64,000 bases of DNA from an uncultured Eubacteriales bacterium (lineage in GTDB: Bacteria; Bacillota; Clostridia; Oscillospirales; Acutalibacteraceae): positions 12,057 to 76,056 of the forward strand of contig OMZU01000003.1 in assembly GCA_900315605.1 (NCBI GenBank). Reading direction: 5' to 3'. The notes below the pieces were generated by a model, which searched no databases, had not been told where the DNA came from, and saw only the letters and a list, made by a program, of their open reading frames with translations. Shown here one piece after another: positions 35,632 to 45,283 of the stretch. The position numbers and the translations under genes were made by a program. Numbering within the stretch: position 1 is the first letter of the stretch; the number at the start of each line of letters is the position of its first letter.

Positions 35632-37284
35632 TCAGTTTGAAGCCGCCGCGGAGCTGCCTGAGCCGGAAGCCTTTGGCTCTGCGCCGTGGCTTACGATCAA
35701 GGTCACGTTTGTTCCGTATTCAACGGTATCGCCGGGCTGGTGCTGCTTGTAGCCGACTACTCTGCCCTCGGCGTATTTGTCGTTGTACTGATATTCAGGG
35801 GTCGCAAGCAAGCCGTTAGCACCGATATCCTGCGCAGCCTGTTCCAAAAGCTCGCCCTCAACATTCGGAAGCTCGCGCATCTGTGCGCCCTTGCTGATGG
35901 TCACGCTGATAAGGATATTGTCGTCCTGAGTAACCTTGGAGCCGCCTGCCGGACTTTGCGACATGATCTTGCCCTCGGCGTAGTCGTCGCTGTATTCGTC
36001 GGTGTAGGTGCGGTAAACGGTGATCGACTTGTCGTCCTCAACCTCTTTTTGAACCTCTTCAAAGGTCTTGCCCAAAAAGCTGGGGATCGTGGGTCCCGTC
36101 CATTCGGTGCTCTCGGTTGAGGGCTGGGTGTTTGAGTTTCCGCCGCCGAACATAGGCGCGAGCGGATTTTGCATCAGCCAAAATACTCCGGCAATGCCAA
36201 GCACCAAAACGGTGATAGCAGCAGAGATGATCACGATGGAAACGTGAGACATTCCGTTGCGCTGCTTTTTGTCTGCGTCGGAGCTGCTGAGATTCATGCT
36301 CGCGGTGCGCGAGATCTCGTCCTGGATAGCCTTTGCGGTATGAGCGACGGAAAGCTGTGACCTAAGCTCGTCAAAATCGGTGATCCTGTTCTCACGCTCG
36401 ACCTGCAAGCCGTTGGCAAGAGCGGAAACCACATGCGGAGGAAGCTTTTTGACAGTCGTTGTGCTCATAAGCAGGCGGCTGTCCTTTCTTCTTTCGGGCG
36501 CGCTCTTGGGAAGATGACCCGTCAAGGCATAGAAAAGCGTCGCGCTGAAGCCGTAGATATCAGTTATATCGTCGAGCGGAAAATTGTCGTCGTACTGCTC
36601 GGGAGCCGCTGCGCCGGAGAAAAGCTGAGACTTTAACACCGTGCCGCGCTTTCTTTCGTTTTCGGTGGCAAAGCCGGTGATCTTGATTTTGCCCGAGGAA
36701 GTGATATACATGTTCTTGGGCGCGATAGCATAGTGACCCACGCCGCGCTTGTGAAGAGCCTCAAGAGCCGAAATCACGGGCATAAACAGCGGTCGCGCGA
36801 TGTCCCATTCAAGGCTGCCGTTGCTGCGCTGAACATATTCCTCAAAGGGAATAAGGTCCTCGTCCTCCATGATAACATAGGCGGTGTTGTTCTCTTCAAA
36901 AATATTATTAACGTTTTGCAGAGCCGAAAGCTCGCGCAAATCGGAAAGGATCTTGTAATAGCTGAGAAATTCGTCCTTTTGCTTGTTGAACGCAAGACGA
37001 TCCTCGTAATTTACCTTTACCTCAACTGCGTCCTCTTCTCTGTTGAATAGACCCATTGGCAAATATTCGCAGACGATCACAACGTCGCCGGTCTGCTTGT
37101 CAAAGCCCAGATACCTTGTGCTTTCTCCGTTGGTATCAATTCCCGCGCCGACGATGTAGCGGTTCATCAGCACCGTGCCGTAGGGCAAAAACGGAGCCTG
37201 CTGCTTTTCTGAGTTATCAAAACCGCACGCAGGACAAACTGTGTTATTGCCGATCTCCTGCATACAACCCATGCATAATGCCAT
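35632..37284 (-). CDS. Zn-ribbon / Hanks-type pseudokinase / TM / 2x PASTA protein
   Basis: CMGCM..CPACG; kinase fold but VIVCEY (no Lys), HYAIAPKN (no Asp), ITGF (no DFG); PASTA repeats. Confidence 0.85.
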   Translation of the reverse strand: MALCMGCMQEIGNNTVCPACGFDNSEKQQAPFLPYGTVLMNRYIVGAGIDTNGESTRYLGFDKQTGDVVIVCEYLPMGLFNREEDAVEVKVNYEDRLAFNKQKDEFLSYYKILSDLRELSALQNVNNIFEENNTAYVIMEDEDLIPFEEYVQRSNGSLEWDIARPLFMPVISALEALHKRGVGHYAIAPKNMYITSSGKIKITGFATENERKRGTVLKSQLFSGAAAPEQYDDNFPLDDITDIYGFSATLFYALTGHLPKSAPERRKDSRLLMSTTTVKKLPPHVVSALANGLQVERENRITDFDELRSQLSVAHTAKAIQDEISRTASMNLSSSDADKKQRNGMSHVSIVIISAAITVLVLGIAGVFWLMQNPLAPMFGGGNSNTQPSTESTEWTGPTIPSFLGKTFEEVQKEVEDDKSITVYRTYTDEYSDDYAEGKIMSQSPAGGSKVTQDDNILISVTISKGAQMRELPNVEGELLEQAAQDIGANGLLATPEYQYNDKYAEGRVVGYKQHQPGDTVEYGTNVTLIVSHGAEPKASGSGSSAAASN

Positions 37285-37447
37285 TTCTATTCACTCCTAA
37301 CTCTCATTGTCCGACTATTCGATATGGGTACTTCAATTTTACTGAAAAGAATTATAACACACGTTTATATTTCTTTTCAAGATTTATAGCTGTCATTTTA
37401 ATTACAGTTTTGTTATTGTATATCTGCAATTTTGGCGTTGATTTATG

Positions 37448-37523
37448 TGGTGGAGATAACGGGGCTCGAACCCGTGACCTCTTGACTGCCAGTCAAGCAC
37501 TCTCCCAGCTGAGCTATACCCCC
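37448..37523 (-). tRNA. tRNA-Ala(GGC)
   Basis: 76-nt cloverleaf, CTTGA-CT-GGC-AG-TCAAG arm, G3:U70, encoded CCA. Confidence 0.97.
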
Positions 37524-37633
37524 ATATTTGGAACACATGTTTTTTTGAAGCACAAAATACAAATTATTTTTTTGTTAAAGAATTATTTGCTGTTTTTAGA
37601 AACTCGGATTTTAAGTATTGCGTTTCTGTCATT

Positions 37634-37665
37634 TTTCCGGCGAACCGAATTTGATCCGCCGGAAA
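37634..37665 (-). terminator. Terminator between the two tRNA genes
   Basis: tttccggcg...cgccggaaa hairpin. Confidence 0.75.
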
Positions 37666-37741
37666 TGGTGGAGATAACGGGGCTCGAACCCGTGACCTCT
37701 TGACTGCCAGTCAAGCACTCTCCCAGCTGAGCTATACCCCC
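37666..37741 (-). tRNA. tRNA-Ala(GGC), identical second copy
   Basis: Identical 76 nt to 37448-37523. Confidence 0.97.
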
Positions 37742-37759
37742 ATATCAAGCCGAACGCAA

Positions 37760-38392
37760 TCACAAAAAAGCGTCCGACATGTTAATAATCAGAACCGCAG
37801 AGCCGCGGTATATCCTGATTATGCTGTGGTTTTCGGAAAAAATATTTGAAACTCCCTGCGGCTTTTCGCTCGTAAGGCAGTATATCCCGTCGGAATATTT
37901 TGCGCCGAGATATTCGACCTCGACCTCGGGGCATCCAAAGGGAAACAGCGAAAATGTTCGACCCGTTAGTGAATCAAAGCTGTGTTCGCCCGGGGCAAGA
38001 TAAACGATCCTCTCTTTTTCGCTCAAAAGCTCTCCCCTGCCGCCCTTTGAGCTGATGTGGGCAAGCAGACAGAGATTTGCAAGGCTGTGGTCAAGCCTGC
38101 CGCCAACCGCGCCTAGTATCGTGATCTCATCATAGCCTCTCTCAAGCGCGAGCCCGACCGCGTGAGCGGTATCGGTATCGTCCTTTTCGGTGGGGAGAGT
38201 AACGATCTCGCAATCGTCGGGAAGCTCCCCCTTGCAGCTGTCAAAATCTCCGACGATCAAATTCGGACTTATTCCTGCGGCTTTTGCAAAGGAATAGCCC
38301 CTGTCGGCGCAGATGACAAAATCAGAATTGATTTTGCTTTTTATGAAGCTTACCGAGGCTTCGGGAGAGCCGGCTATTATAAAACAATGCAT
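37760..38392 (-). CDS. thiN: Thiamine diphosphokinase
   Basis: CADRG, GDFDS, EKDDTDT, GGRLDH..AN. Confidence 0.95.
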   Translation of the reverse strand: MHCFIIAGSPEASVSFIKSKINSDFVICADRGYSFAKAAGISPNLIVGDFDSCKGELPDDCEIVTLPTEKDDTDTAHAVGLALERGYDEITILGAVGGRLDHSLANLCLLAHISSKGGRGELLSEKERIVYLAPGEHSFDSLTGRTFSLFPFGCPEVEVEYLGAKYSDGIYCLTSEKPQGVSNIFSENHSIIRIYRGSAVLIINMSDAFL

Positions 38393-38420
38393 TTTACTCC
38401 TCTTTGGACGGCGGAACCGA

Positions 38421-39308
38421 TCAGTAGTTTTTTAGCTGCCAGGGCTTGATGTCCTTGACTTCATCATACATCGCGATGTAGCTTTTGTGGCGCGACGGCT
38501 CAATTTCGCCGTTTTTGAGGGCTTCGAGCACCGCGCAGCCCTTTTCGCAGGTGTGTGAGCAGGAAATGAACTGACATGAGCCGAGGTATTTTTCAAATTC
38601 CGGGAAGCAGTATTGCAGCTGAGTTTTGTCTATCATCTCATATCGCTGCAAGTCCACCGTTGAAAATCCCGGAGTGTCGGCAACATAGCAGCCGTCAAGC
38701 TCAAACAGCTCGACCACTCTTGTGGTGTGCCTGCCTCTGCCCAGCTTTTCGCTGATTTGTCCGGTGGCAAGCTCAAGCGTTGGAAACAGCGCGTTGAGCA
38801 GGGTCGATTTTCCAACGCCGCTGTTGCCGGTAAAGGCAGAGATTTTGCCCTTTAAAAACTCGCGCAGCTCCCGGGCTGACTCTCTGTCGTCGGGTGAGCA
38901 CTGAAAAACATCTATCCCGGCGTGGCGATAGATTTTTGCGACCTCGTCGCCGTTTTTCAGGTCGTTTTTGGACACGGCTACAACCGGCGTCATATCGTTG
39001 TTTACAGCCGCTGCCGTCATTTTGTCAATAACGGTCAGGTTTGGCTGAGGGTCAACGGTTGAACATACGATCACCAGCACGTCGATATTGGCGAGAGCCG
39101 GTCGCTTCAGTTTATTTTTTCGGGGCAGGATCTCTTCTATTGCGGCAAAGCCGTCGTCGGGAACTGTGATCTTCACTCTGTCTCCGACAACCGGAGAATT
39201 TCCGCTTTTGCGAAAGCTGCCCCTTGCCTTACATTCATAATCATCATATCCGCAGCGAACATAGTAGAAGCCGCCGATCGATTTCATAAGGATCCCCTGT
39301 TTCATCAC
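38421..39308 (-). CDS. rsgA: Small-subunit ribosome biogenesis GTPase
   Basis: SKND, GNSGVGKST, GRGRHTTR, DTPGF, C.F..C.H..E.GC. Confidence 0.96.
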   Translation of the reverse strand: MMKQGILMKSIGGFYYVRCGYDDYECKARGSFRKSGNSPVVGDRVKITVPDDGFAAIEEILPRKNKLKRPALANIDVLVIVCSTVDPQPNLTVIDKMTAAAVNNDMTPVVAVSKNDLKNGDEVAKIYRHAGIDVFQCSPDDRESARELREFLKGKISAFTGNSGVGKSTLLNALFPTLELATGQISEKLGRGRHTTRVVELFELDGCYVADTPGFSTVDLQRYEMIDKTQLQYCFPEFEKYLGSCQFISCSHTCEKGCAVLEALKNGEIEPSRHKSYIAMYDEVKDIKPWQLKNY

Positions 39309-41440
39309 TGGAGCACCTGGATGTTTTCATCCTCCGGCAAGACGATCTCTTCCTGGCCGCCCTGGGTTTCAGGTGCAGCAGTTGGAACGATTTCTTCGGT
39401 CACGGGCGCAGCCGTGGGCGTTTCAACAACAGGGTCGGTGACTACCTCGGGCGGTGCAGTGGTGGGAACATAATAATCATGGTTGATAGTGCTGGTTACG
39501 GAAGCCGAAGCAAAATCTACGGTGTATTCGCGGTAGATCCTGCCGTCGAGCTGGACGATAACGGATGATGTGCCCGAGCCCATGACCTCAAGGGTATAGG
39601 TCTTGTTATACATTGGAACAAGAGTTTTTGAGTTGGAGGAATCAAGCACGCCGTTGATGAATACCTCCATGTTGACGGACTCCTCAACATCCGGCGGAAG
39701 ATCAACAAAGATGTTCACCTTTCTTCTGTTGCCCTTACCGGAGCTGACGGTCAGGGTGACAACGGTTCCGGGATCGACCTTGCAGTAAGGAAGCGGCGAG
39801 GAGCTGATTACAACGTCCTTGTCCTCCTTGCTTTCGTCGTCATAGACGATCTCAAAGGTGAGGTCAACGTCGCCGAATGCATTCTGAGCCTCGTAAATGG
39901 ATTTTCCGAGATAGGAGGGAACTGTTACCTGCTCGGTTCTTTCGCCGTTTGCAACGTAAAGATAAACCGTTGAGCCGATCGTTGACTTTGCGCCCGCCTT
40001 GGGGAAGGAGTCGATCACATAGCCCTTTGGAGTTTTGGTGTTTTCAACATAAACCACCTCGGGCATAAGGCTCTTGTCCTTGAGTGCCTTTGAGGCTTCT
40101 TTTTCGGTGAAATTCTGAACAAACGGAACTGTCATTTCGGTGTCTGTTCCGTTTACCGTCAGGGTGATAGACGAGCCGGTTTTGACCTTCATTGAATTTG
40201 CAGCCGGCTCCTGTGCAAGAATGATTCCCATATCCTTGCTCTCGTCATAACGGCTGTTGATTTCAAAACGGAAATTGTTGGGATTATCCTCCTTGACCTC
40301 AACAAGCGTCTTTCCCACAAAATCGGGGACCTCAACATCCTTGCTCTGGGTCGAGGTGCAGCCTCTGACAAGCGCGAGGATGAAAAATATCAGACAAACT
40401 ATCAAACCGGCGATAAGCACGCCCTTTATGGCATAATAGACCGGCTTGTGCTCCTTTACGTAATCGTCGTCCTCAAAATCATCGTTGTATTTGCTGTCGG
40501 TGAGATCCTTTTTCTCAACCGTGCTTTTTTCGTTTTTGGCGTCCTTGATCGAACCGACGAATTTTGTCGGCTGATTATCCACAAAGGACTGACCGTAATC
40601 AAAAACAATGGAGGGATTGAGCCTGAAACGCTCGATATCGCTGAGCATTTCGGCGGCTGAGGCGTATCTGTCCTCGGGCTGCTTTTGCATTGCGCGCATG
40701 GTGATCTGCTCAAGACCGATGGGGATGCCCGGATTGATCTCGCGCGGACGCTTGGGAGTTGACTGAAGCTGCATCAGCGCGACCGAAACAGCACTTTCTC
40801 CGTCAAAGGGCAGTCTGCCGGTGAGCATTTCGTAGAGCATTACGCCAACGGAATAGATATCGGTTTTGCCGTCGGTCACGTCGCCCTTTGCCTGCTCGGG
40901 CGCGATGTAGTGAACCGAGCCTATTGCCTGCTCGGTCATTGTGCGCGTGGCTTTGTCCGAAAAGCGAGCGATACCAAAGTCTGTCACCTTTATTGAGCCG
41001 TCTTGGAGCAGCATGATGTTTTGCGGCTTGATGTCACGGTGAACGATCCCGCATTCGTGAGCGTGCTGCAACGCCTTGAGCACCTGGGTCGTCAGGTGAA
41101 GCGCGTCCTTCCACTCGATTATTCCCTGCTGGTCGATGTATTCCTTGAGGGTGATTCCGTCGATGTACTCCATAACGATGTACTGGATCATATCGCCGAA
41201 GCTCACGTCGTATACCTTTACGATATTTTGGTGCGAAAGCATTGCGATAGCCTTTGATTCGTTTTTGAAGCGACGGATAAATTCCTCGTTGTTAAGGTAT
41301 TCGTCCTTTAAGATTTTGATTGCGACCTCGCGGTCGTCGAGCGTGTCTGTACAGCGGTACACATTCGCCATGCCGCCCACGCCGATCAGTTCGTGGATCT
41401 CATAGCGACCGTCAAGTCTTTTGCCGATATATTTATCCAT
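39305..41440 (-). CDS. prkC: PASTA-domain Ser/Thr kinase PrkC/PknB
   Basis: GVGGMA, VAIK, HRDIKPQN, DFG, GSVHYIAPE, TM, 3 PASTA. Confidence 0.96.
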   Translation of the reverse strand: MDKYIGKRLDGRYEIHELIGVGGMANVYRCTDTLDDREVAIKILKDEYLNNEEFIRRFKNESKAIAMLSHQNIVKVYDVSFGDMIQYIVMEYIDGITLKEYIDQQGIIEWKDALHLTTQVLKALQHAHECGIVHRDIKPQNIMLLQDGSIKVTDFGIARFSDKATRTMTEQAIGSVHYIAPEQAKGDVTDGKTDIYSVGVMLYEMLTGRLPFDGESAVSVALMQLQSTPKRPREINPGIPIGLEQITMRAMQKQPEDRYASAAEMLSDIERFRLNPSIVFDYGQSFVDNQPTKFVGSIKDAKNEKSTVEKKDLTDSKYNDDFEDDDYVKEHKPVYYAIKGVLIAGLIVCLIFFILALVRGCTSTQSKDVEVPDFVGKTLVEVKEDNPNNFRFEINSRYDESKDMGIILAQEPAANSMKVKTGSSITLTVNGTDTEMTVPFVQNFTEKEASKALKDKSLMPEVVYVENTKTPKGYVIDSFPKAGAKSTIGSTVYLYVANGERTEQVTVPSYLGKSIYEAQNAFGDVDLTFEIVYDDESKEDKDVVISSSPLPYCKVDPGTVVTLTVSSGKGNRRKVNIFVDLPPDVEESVNMEVFINGVLDSSNSKTLVPMYNKTYTLEVMGSGTSSVIVQLDGRIYREYTVDFASASVTSTINHDYYVPTTAPPEVVTDPVVETPTAAPVTEEIVPTAAPETQGGQEEIVLPEDENIQVLQ

Positions 41441-41458
41441 AAGTGACGCTCTCCTTTA

Positions 41459-42184
41459 TCAGTAAATTACTGTTGCGGTGATATTATCCTGACCTCCGCC
41501 TTCCTTGGCACATTCGATCAGCCTGTTCATCAGACCGTCGCCGCGGTTTTCGTGGCAGATTTTCACCATATCGCCTGTGGTTACGCAATTGGAAAGTCCG
41601 TCCGTACAAATCAGCAGGACGTCTCCGTAGATAAAATTGGCTTCTATGTAATCAAGCCGTACCGAGGGCTTGATGCCCAGCGCACGGGTGATAAAATTCT
41701 TGTTGGGGTGATTTTGCGCCTGTTCATAGGTCAGCTCGCCTCTGCGAACCATTTCCTGAACAACGGAATGATCCTCGGTGAGCTGCTTTATCTTTCCGCC
41801 GCGGATCGCATAGGTTCGGCTGTCGCCCACATGCACGACATGGACCGTTGTGTCCTTTACAAAAACAAATTCGCAGGTCGTTCCCATTCCGGCAAGCTCC
41901 GCGTCCTTGGTTGAAAGCTCAAATATTTTCATGTTGGCGTTCACAACGATCTCGACCATCAGCTCGCCGATCTGATCCTTTGTCATGTCGTCCTTGTAGA
42001 GGTCGGTGATCTTTTCGCTGATGTACTCGACCGCGGTCGCGCTGGCGATATTTCCGCCGTTCGCGCCGCCCATCCCGTCGCAAACGACCGCCCATGCACA
42101 GCTTGGAGAAATAACTCCGAAGCGGCAGTCGTCCTGATTCTGGTTTCTGACAAGCCCTATATCGCTCTTGCTGAATACTTCCAA
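41459..42184 (-). CDS. stp: PP2C-type Ser/Thr phosphatase (Stp/PrpC)
   Basis: R..NQD, VCDGMGG, GMGTT, HVGDSR, DHS, CTDGL, GGQDNIT. Confidence 0.95.
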   Translation of the reverse strand: MEVFSKSDIGLVRNQNQDDCRFGVISPSCAWAVVCDGMGGANGGNIASATAVEYISEKITDLYKDDMTKDQIGELMVEIVVNANMKIFELSTKDAELAGMGTTCEFVFVKDTTVHVVHVGDSRTYAIRGGKIKQLTEDHSVVQEMVRRGELTYEQAQNHPNKNFITRALGIKPSVRLDYIEANFIYGDVLLICTDGLSNCVTTGDMVKICHENRGDGLMNRLIECAKEGGGQDNITATVIY

Positions 42185-42185
42185 G

Positions 42186-43220
42186 TTATTTACCTCCTTC
42201 GTTAGAATGTTTTCGCCTGAGCTGACCGCAGGAAGCGTTGATGTCGCTGCCCAGGGTCCGCCTTACGGTTGCCGTGATGTTTTTTTCGGCAAGTATATTT
42301 ATAAAAGATTTTTGTCTTTTTATATCGCTTTTTTTGTATCCGGTCCCCTCAACCGTGTTGACGGGGATCAAATTGACGTGACAGCCCATTCCGCTCAGCC
42401 TTTGCGCAAGCTCGCGCGCGTTGTCGTCGCTGTCGTTCACGCCGCTTATCATGGAATACTCAAACGTCACCCGTCTGCCTGTCGCACCAAAATAATCGCG
42501 GCACGCCTTTAGAAGCTCGTTCATCGGATAAGCGTTAGCGACCGGCATCGTTTTGCGCCTGATCTCGTCATTCGGCGCGTGAAGCGAGACTGCAAGGTTG
42601 ATTTGCAGCTTTTTTGCGGCAAGCTCATAGATTTTCGGAACGATGCCGCAGGTTGAAAGCGTGATGTGCCTTGCTCCGATGTTGAGTCCTTCCTCTGAGG
42701 ACGCAAGCTCAATAAACCTGAGCACGTTGTCAAAATTATCGAGCGGCTCGCCCATGCCCATCAGCACTACGTTTGAGATCCTTATGTTCAAATCCCTCTG
42801 CGCCGCCTCGATTTGAGCGAGCATTTCGGAAGCGGTGAGGTTTCGCGAAAAGCCGCTTTGACCCGTTGCGCAGAAGGTGCAGCCCATTTTGCAGCCAACC
42901 TGAGTTGATATGCAAATCGACCTGCCGTGGCGGTAGCTCATTACGACCGCCTCTACCCTTTCGCCGTCGTTGAAAGCAAAAAGGTACTTCACTGTTTTAT
43001 CATACCTCGACTCGAGCTTTTTTTCAATAGTTGCAACAGAAATGTAACATCTTGCTGTCAAAAATGTTTTCAAATCCGAGGGAATATTCCTCATTTCGTC
43101 AAAATCTGTTACACCCTTTGCAAGCCAGCCCCGGATTTGCGCCGCCCTGAACCGGGGAAATCCGTTTTGAGTTATAAACTCCGTAAGCTCGGAGGCGTTC
43201 ATTGATTTTATATCAATCAC
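42186..43220 (-). CDS. rlmN: Dual-specificity RNA methyltransferase (radical SAM)
   Basis: CISTQVGCKMGCTFC, MGMGEPL, SCGQL. Confidence 0.97.
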   Translation of the reverse strand: MIDIKSMNASELTEFITQNGFPRFRAAQIRGWLAKGVTDFDEMRNIPSDLKTFLTARCYISVATIEKKLESRYDKTVKYLFAFNDGERVEAVVMSYRHGRSICISTQVGCKMGCTFCATGQSGFSRNLTASEMLAQIEAAQRDLNIRISNVVLMGMGEPLDNFDNVLRFIELASSEEGLNIGARHITLSTCGIVPKIYELAAKKLQINLAVSLHAPNDEIRRKTMPVANAYPMNELLKACRDYFGATGRRVTFEYSMISGVNDSDDNARELAQRLSGMGCHVNLIPVNTVEGTGYKKSDIKRQKSFINILAEKNITATVRRTLGSDINASCGQLRRKHSNEGGK

Positions 43221-44556
43221 TGCGCCGCCCCCTTTGGAACGCCGCGATATAAAAACCGTCGGTGTTCGCCCTGTGCGGAGTCAGCGTGATTTCGTACTCC
43301 TGCTCGTCAAGGGCTCGTTCAACGCCTTTGGGAAGCTTTAGCGGCACGCCCTCAAAATCCGGGTGCTCCTCAAGAAATCTTCGCGCGTTTTCGTTGTTTT
43401 CCGCAGGATTCAGCGTGCAGGTGGAATAAACCAGCCTGCCGCCGTTTGCAAGATTTTTCGCGCTTTCACACAGGATCTTGTACTGCAAGTCCGGCAAGTC
43501 GCCGCTGATCAGATCGTCCTTGTAGCGGATCTCGGGCTTGCGCGATAGGATACCCAAGCCGCTGCACGGAACGTCGCAGAGGATCTTGTCTGCAAGCGGA
43601 AGCTGGACCAAGGGTGCGGCTCCGTCGCGCTTTACGGCGATCAGGTTCGTTATCCCAAGCCTTTGCGCGCCCGATCTTATGAGCCTTAGCTTGTGGTCGT
43701 AAAGGTCGCAGGAATAAACCTTTCCCCGGTTTTTCATTCTCTGTGCGGCTGTGAACGACTTGCCGCCCGGAGCGGAGCAGATATCCAGCATTATTTCGCC
43801 GGGCTTTGGGTCAAGAAGCTGAACGCAAAGCTGAGAGGAAGCGTCCTGAACATGAAACAGTCCGTTTTTGTATGCTCTCAGTCTTTCGATAGAGCCTGTG
43901 CCGAAAAGCATGACCGCGTCCTCGACAAAGCCGATTTTCTCCGCCTTTACTCCCTCCGCTTCCAGCTCGGATATCAAATCGTCCGAATTGGTTTTCAGCG
44001 TATTTACCCTGGCGCAAAGCCGGGGTCTGCCGCTGAGTGATTTCAAAAGCTCCTCTGTATCAGCCTCTCCGTAGGAATTTATCCAAAGCCGGGCGAGGTT
44101 TTCCGGAACAGAGTATTTTACCGAGAAATACCTGATCTTATCATTTTCGTCGGGCAGGGTGAACTTTTCCTCCGCCCTTGTTATTCCGCGCAGGATGCCG
44201 TTGATGAAGCCGGCGGATTTTTGAAGTCCGTGCTTTTTGGCAAGCTTTACGCTCTCGTTGACCGCCGCGCTTTCGGGAACCTTGTCCATAAACAAAAGCT
44301 GCAAGATCCCCATGCGAAGAATGATTTTGGTTTTTATTTCAATTTTTCTTAAAGGGATTTTGGAATACTGTCTTATTATATAATCCAGAGTGATCTTGCG
44401 TTCCAAAACGCCGTAAACCAGCGCAGAAGCGAACGCACTGTCAACTCCGTCAAGCCTTGCCTCACGGATAGCGTTGCTCAGGGCGATATTGGAATACGCC
44501 TTGTCCTGTTCAGTTTTCAGCAATACCTTCAAGGCAAGATTTCTCGGATTTGACAT
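43213..44556 (-). CDS. rsmB: 16S rRNA m5C967 methyltransferase
   Basis: NusB-like N-terminus, QDASS, DICSAPGGK, DVPCSGLG, YSTCT. Confidence 0.96.
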   Translation of the reverse strand: MSNPRNLALKVLLKTEQDKAYSNIALSNAIREARLDGVDSAFASALVYGVLERKITLDYIIRQYSKIPLRKIEIKTKIILRMGILQLLFMDKVPESAAVNESVKLAKKHGLQKSAGFINGILRGITRAEEKFTLPDENDKIRYFSVKYSVPENLARLWINSYGEADTEELLKSLSGRPRLCARVNTLKTNSDDLISELEAEGVKAEKIGFVEDAVMLFGTGSIERLRAYKNGLFHVQDASSQLCVQLLDPKPGEIMLDICSAPGGKSFTAAQRMKNRGKVYSCDLYDHKLRLIRSGAQRLGITNLIAVKRDGAAPLVQLPLADKILCDVPCSGLGILSRKPEIRYKDDLISGDLPDLQYKILCESAKNLANGGRLVYSTCTLNPAENNENARRFLEEHPDFEGVPLKLPKGVERALDEQEYEITLTPHRANTDGFYIAAFQRGRRSD

Positions 44557-44562
44557 TTTGAT

Positions 44563-45267
44563 TTAGTCCCTTCTTCTTCCTGCTATAAGCAAAAGTCTGA
44601 GAAGCTGCATGATCGCGGTGAGCGCGGAAGCAACATAGGTCATTGCCGCTGCCGTGAGCACACTCTTTGCTCCGTTGTATTCTTCTCCGTAAAGCAGCTC
44701 GCCGTTTTTGATGGTTTCAAGCGCGCGCTTTGAGGCGTTGAACTCGACCGGAAGCGTTGCGATTGTGAAAAGCACCGAAAACGAGTAAAGCAAAATTCCG
44801 GCGTAGAGCATGACATAGCCGATTTTTGCCGTGAAAAGTATTCCGAAAAGGATCAACAGCCAGCTTAGCTTTGAGCCGAGGTTTGCGGCAGGAAGGATCA
44901 TGCTGCGGATCTTGTTCGGCAGATAGTTCTGCGCGTGCTGGACCGCGTGGCCTGCCTCGTGAGCCGCAACTCCGACCGCGGCAACGGAATTGCTGGCATA
45001 AACCGAATCCGAAAGCCTGATAACGTTCGTTCGCGGATCAAAATGGTCGGTGAGCTTTCCCGAAACGCGCTCGATCCTAACGCCCGAAACACCGTTTTGT
45101 CTGAGCACAAATTCCGCAGCCTGTGCGCCTGTCATATTGCGTGAGTTGGTGATTTTTGAGTATTTTGAAAACGTAGTGGTGACCTTTGCCTGACAGATCA
45201 TCGAAATGATAATGCAGGGCAGGATAAAAACCAGATACGTCCAGTCAAAGCCATAAAAATATCCCAT
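44563..45267 (-). CDS. YugP-like membrane zinc metallopeptidase
   Basis: AAHEAGHAVQH, TLPVEFNASKRA, AAMTYVA. Confidence 0.92.
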   Translation of the reverse strand: MGYFYGFDWTYLVFILPCIIISMICQAKVTTTFSKYSKITNSRNMTGAQAAEFVLRQNGVSGVRIERVSGKLTDHFDPRTNVIRLSDSVYASNSVAAVGVAAHEAGHAVQHAQNYLPNKIRSMILPAANLGSKLSWLLILFGILFTAKIGYVMLYAGILLYSFSVLFTIATLPVEFNASKRALETIKNGELLYGEEYNGAKSVLTAAAMTYVASALTAIMQLLRLLLIAGRRRD

Positions 45268-45283
45268 ATTATTCTCCTGTTGT

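Noticed and set aside
25992-37523. Genomic island integrated at tRNA-Ala
   Set aside because: No integrase and no distal partial tRNA repeat found
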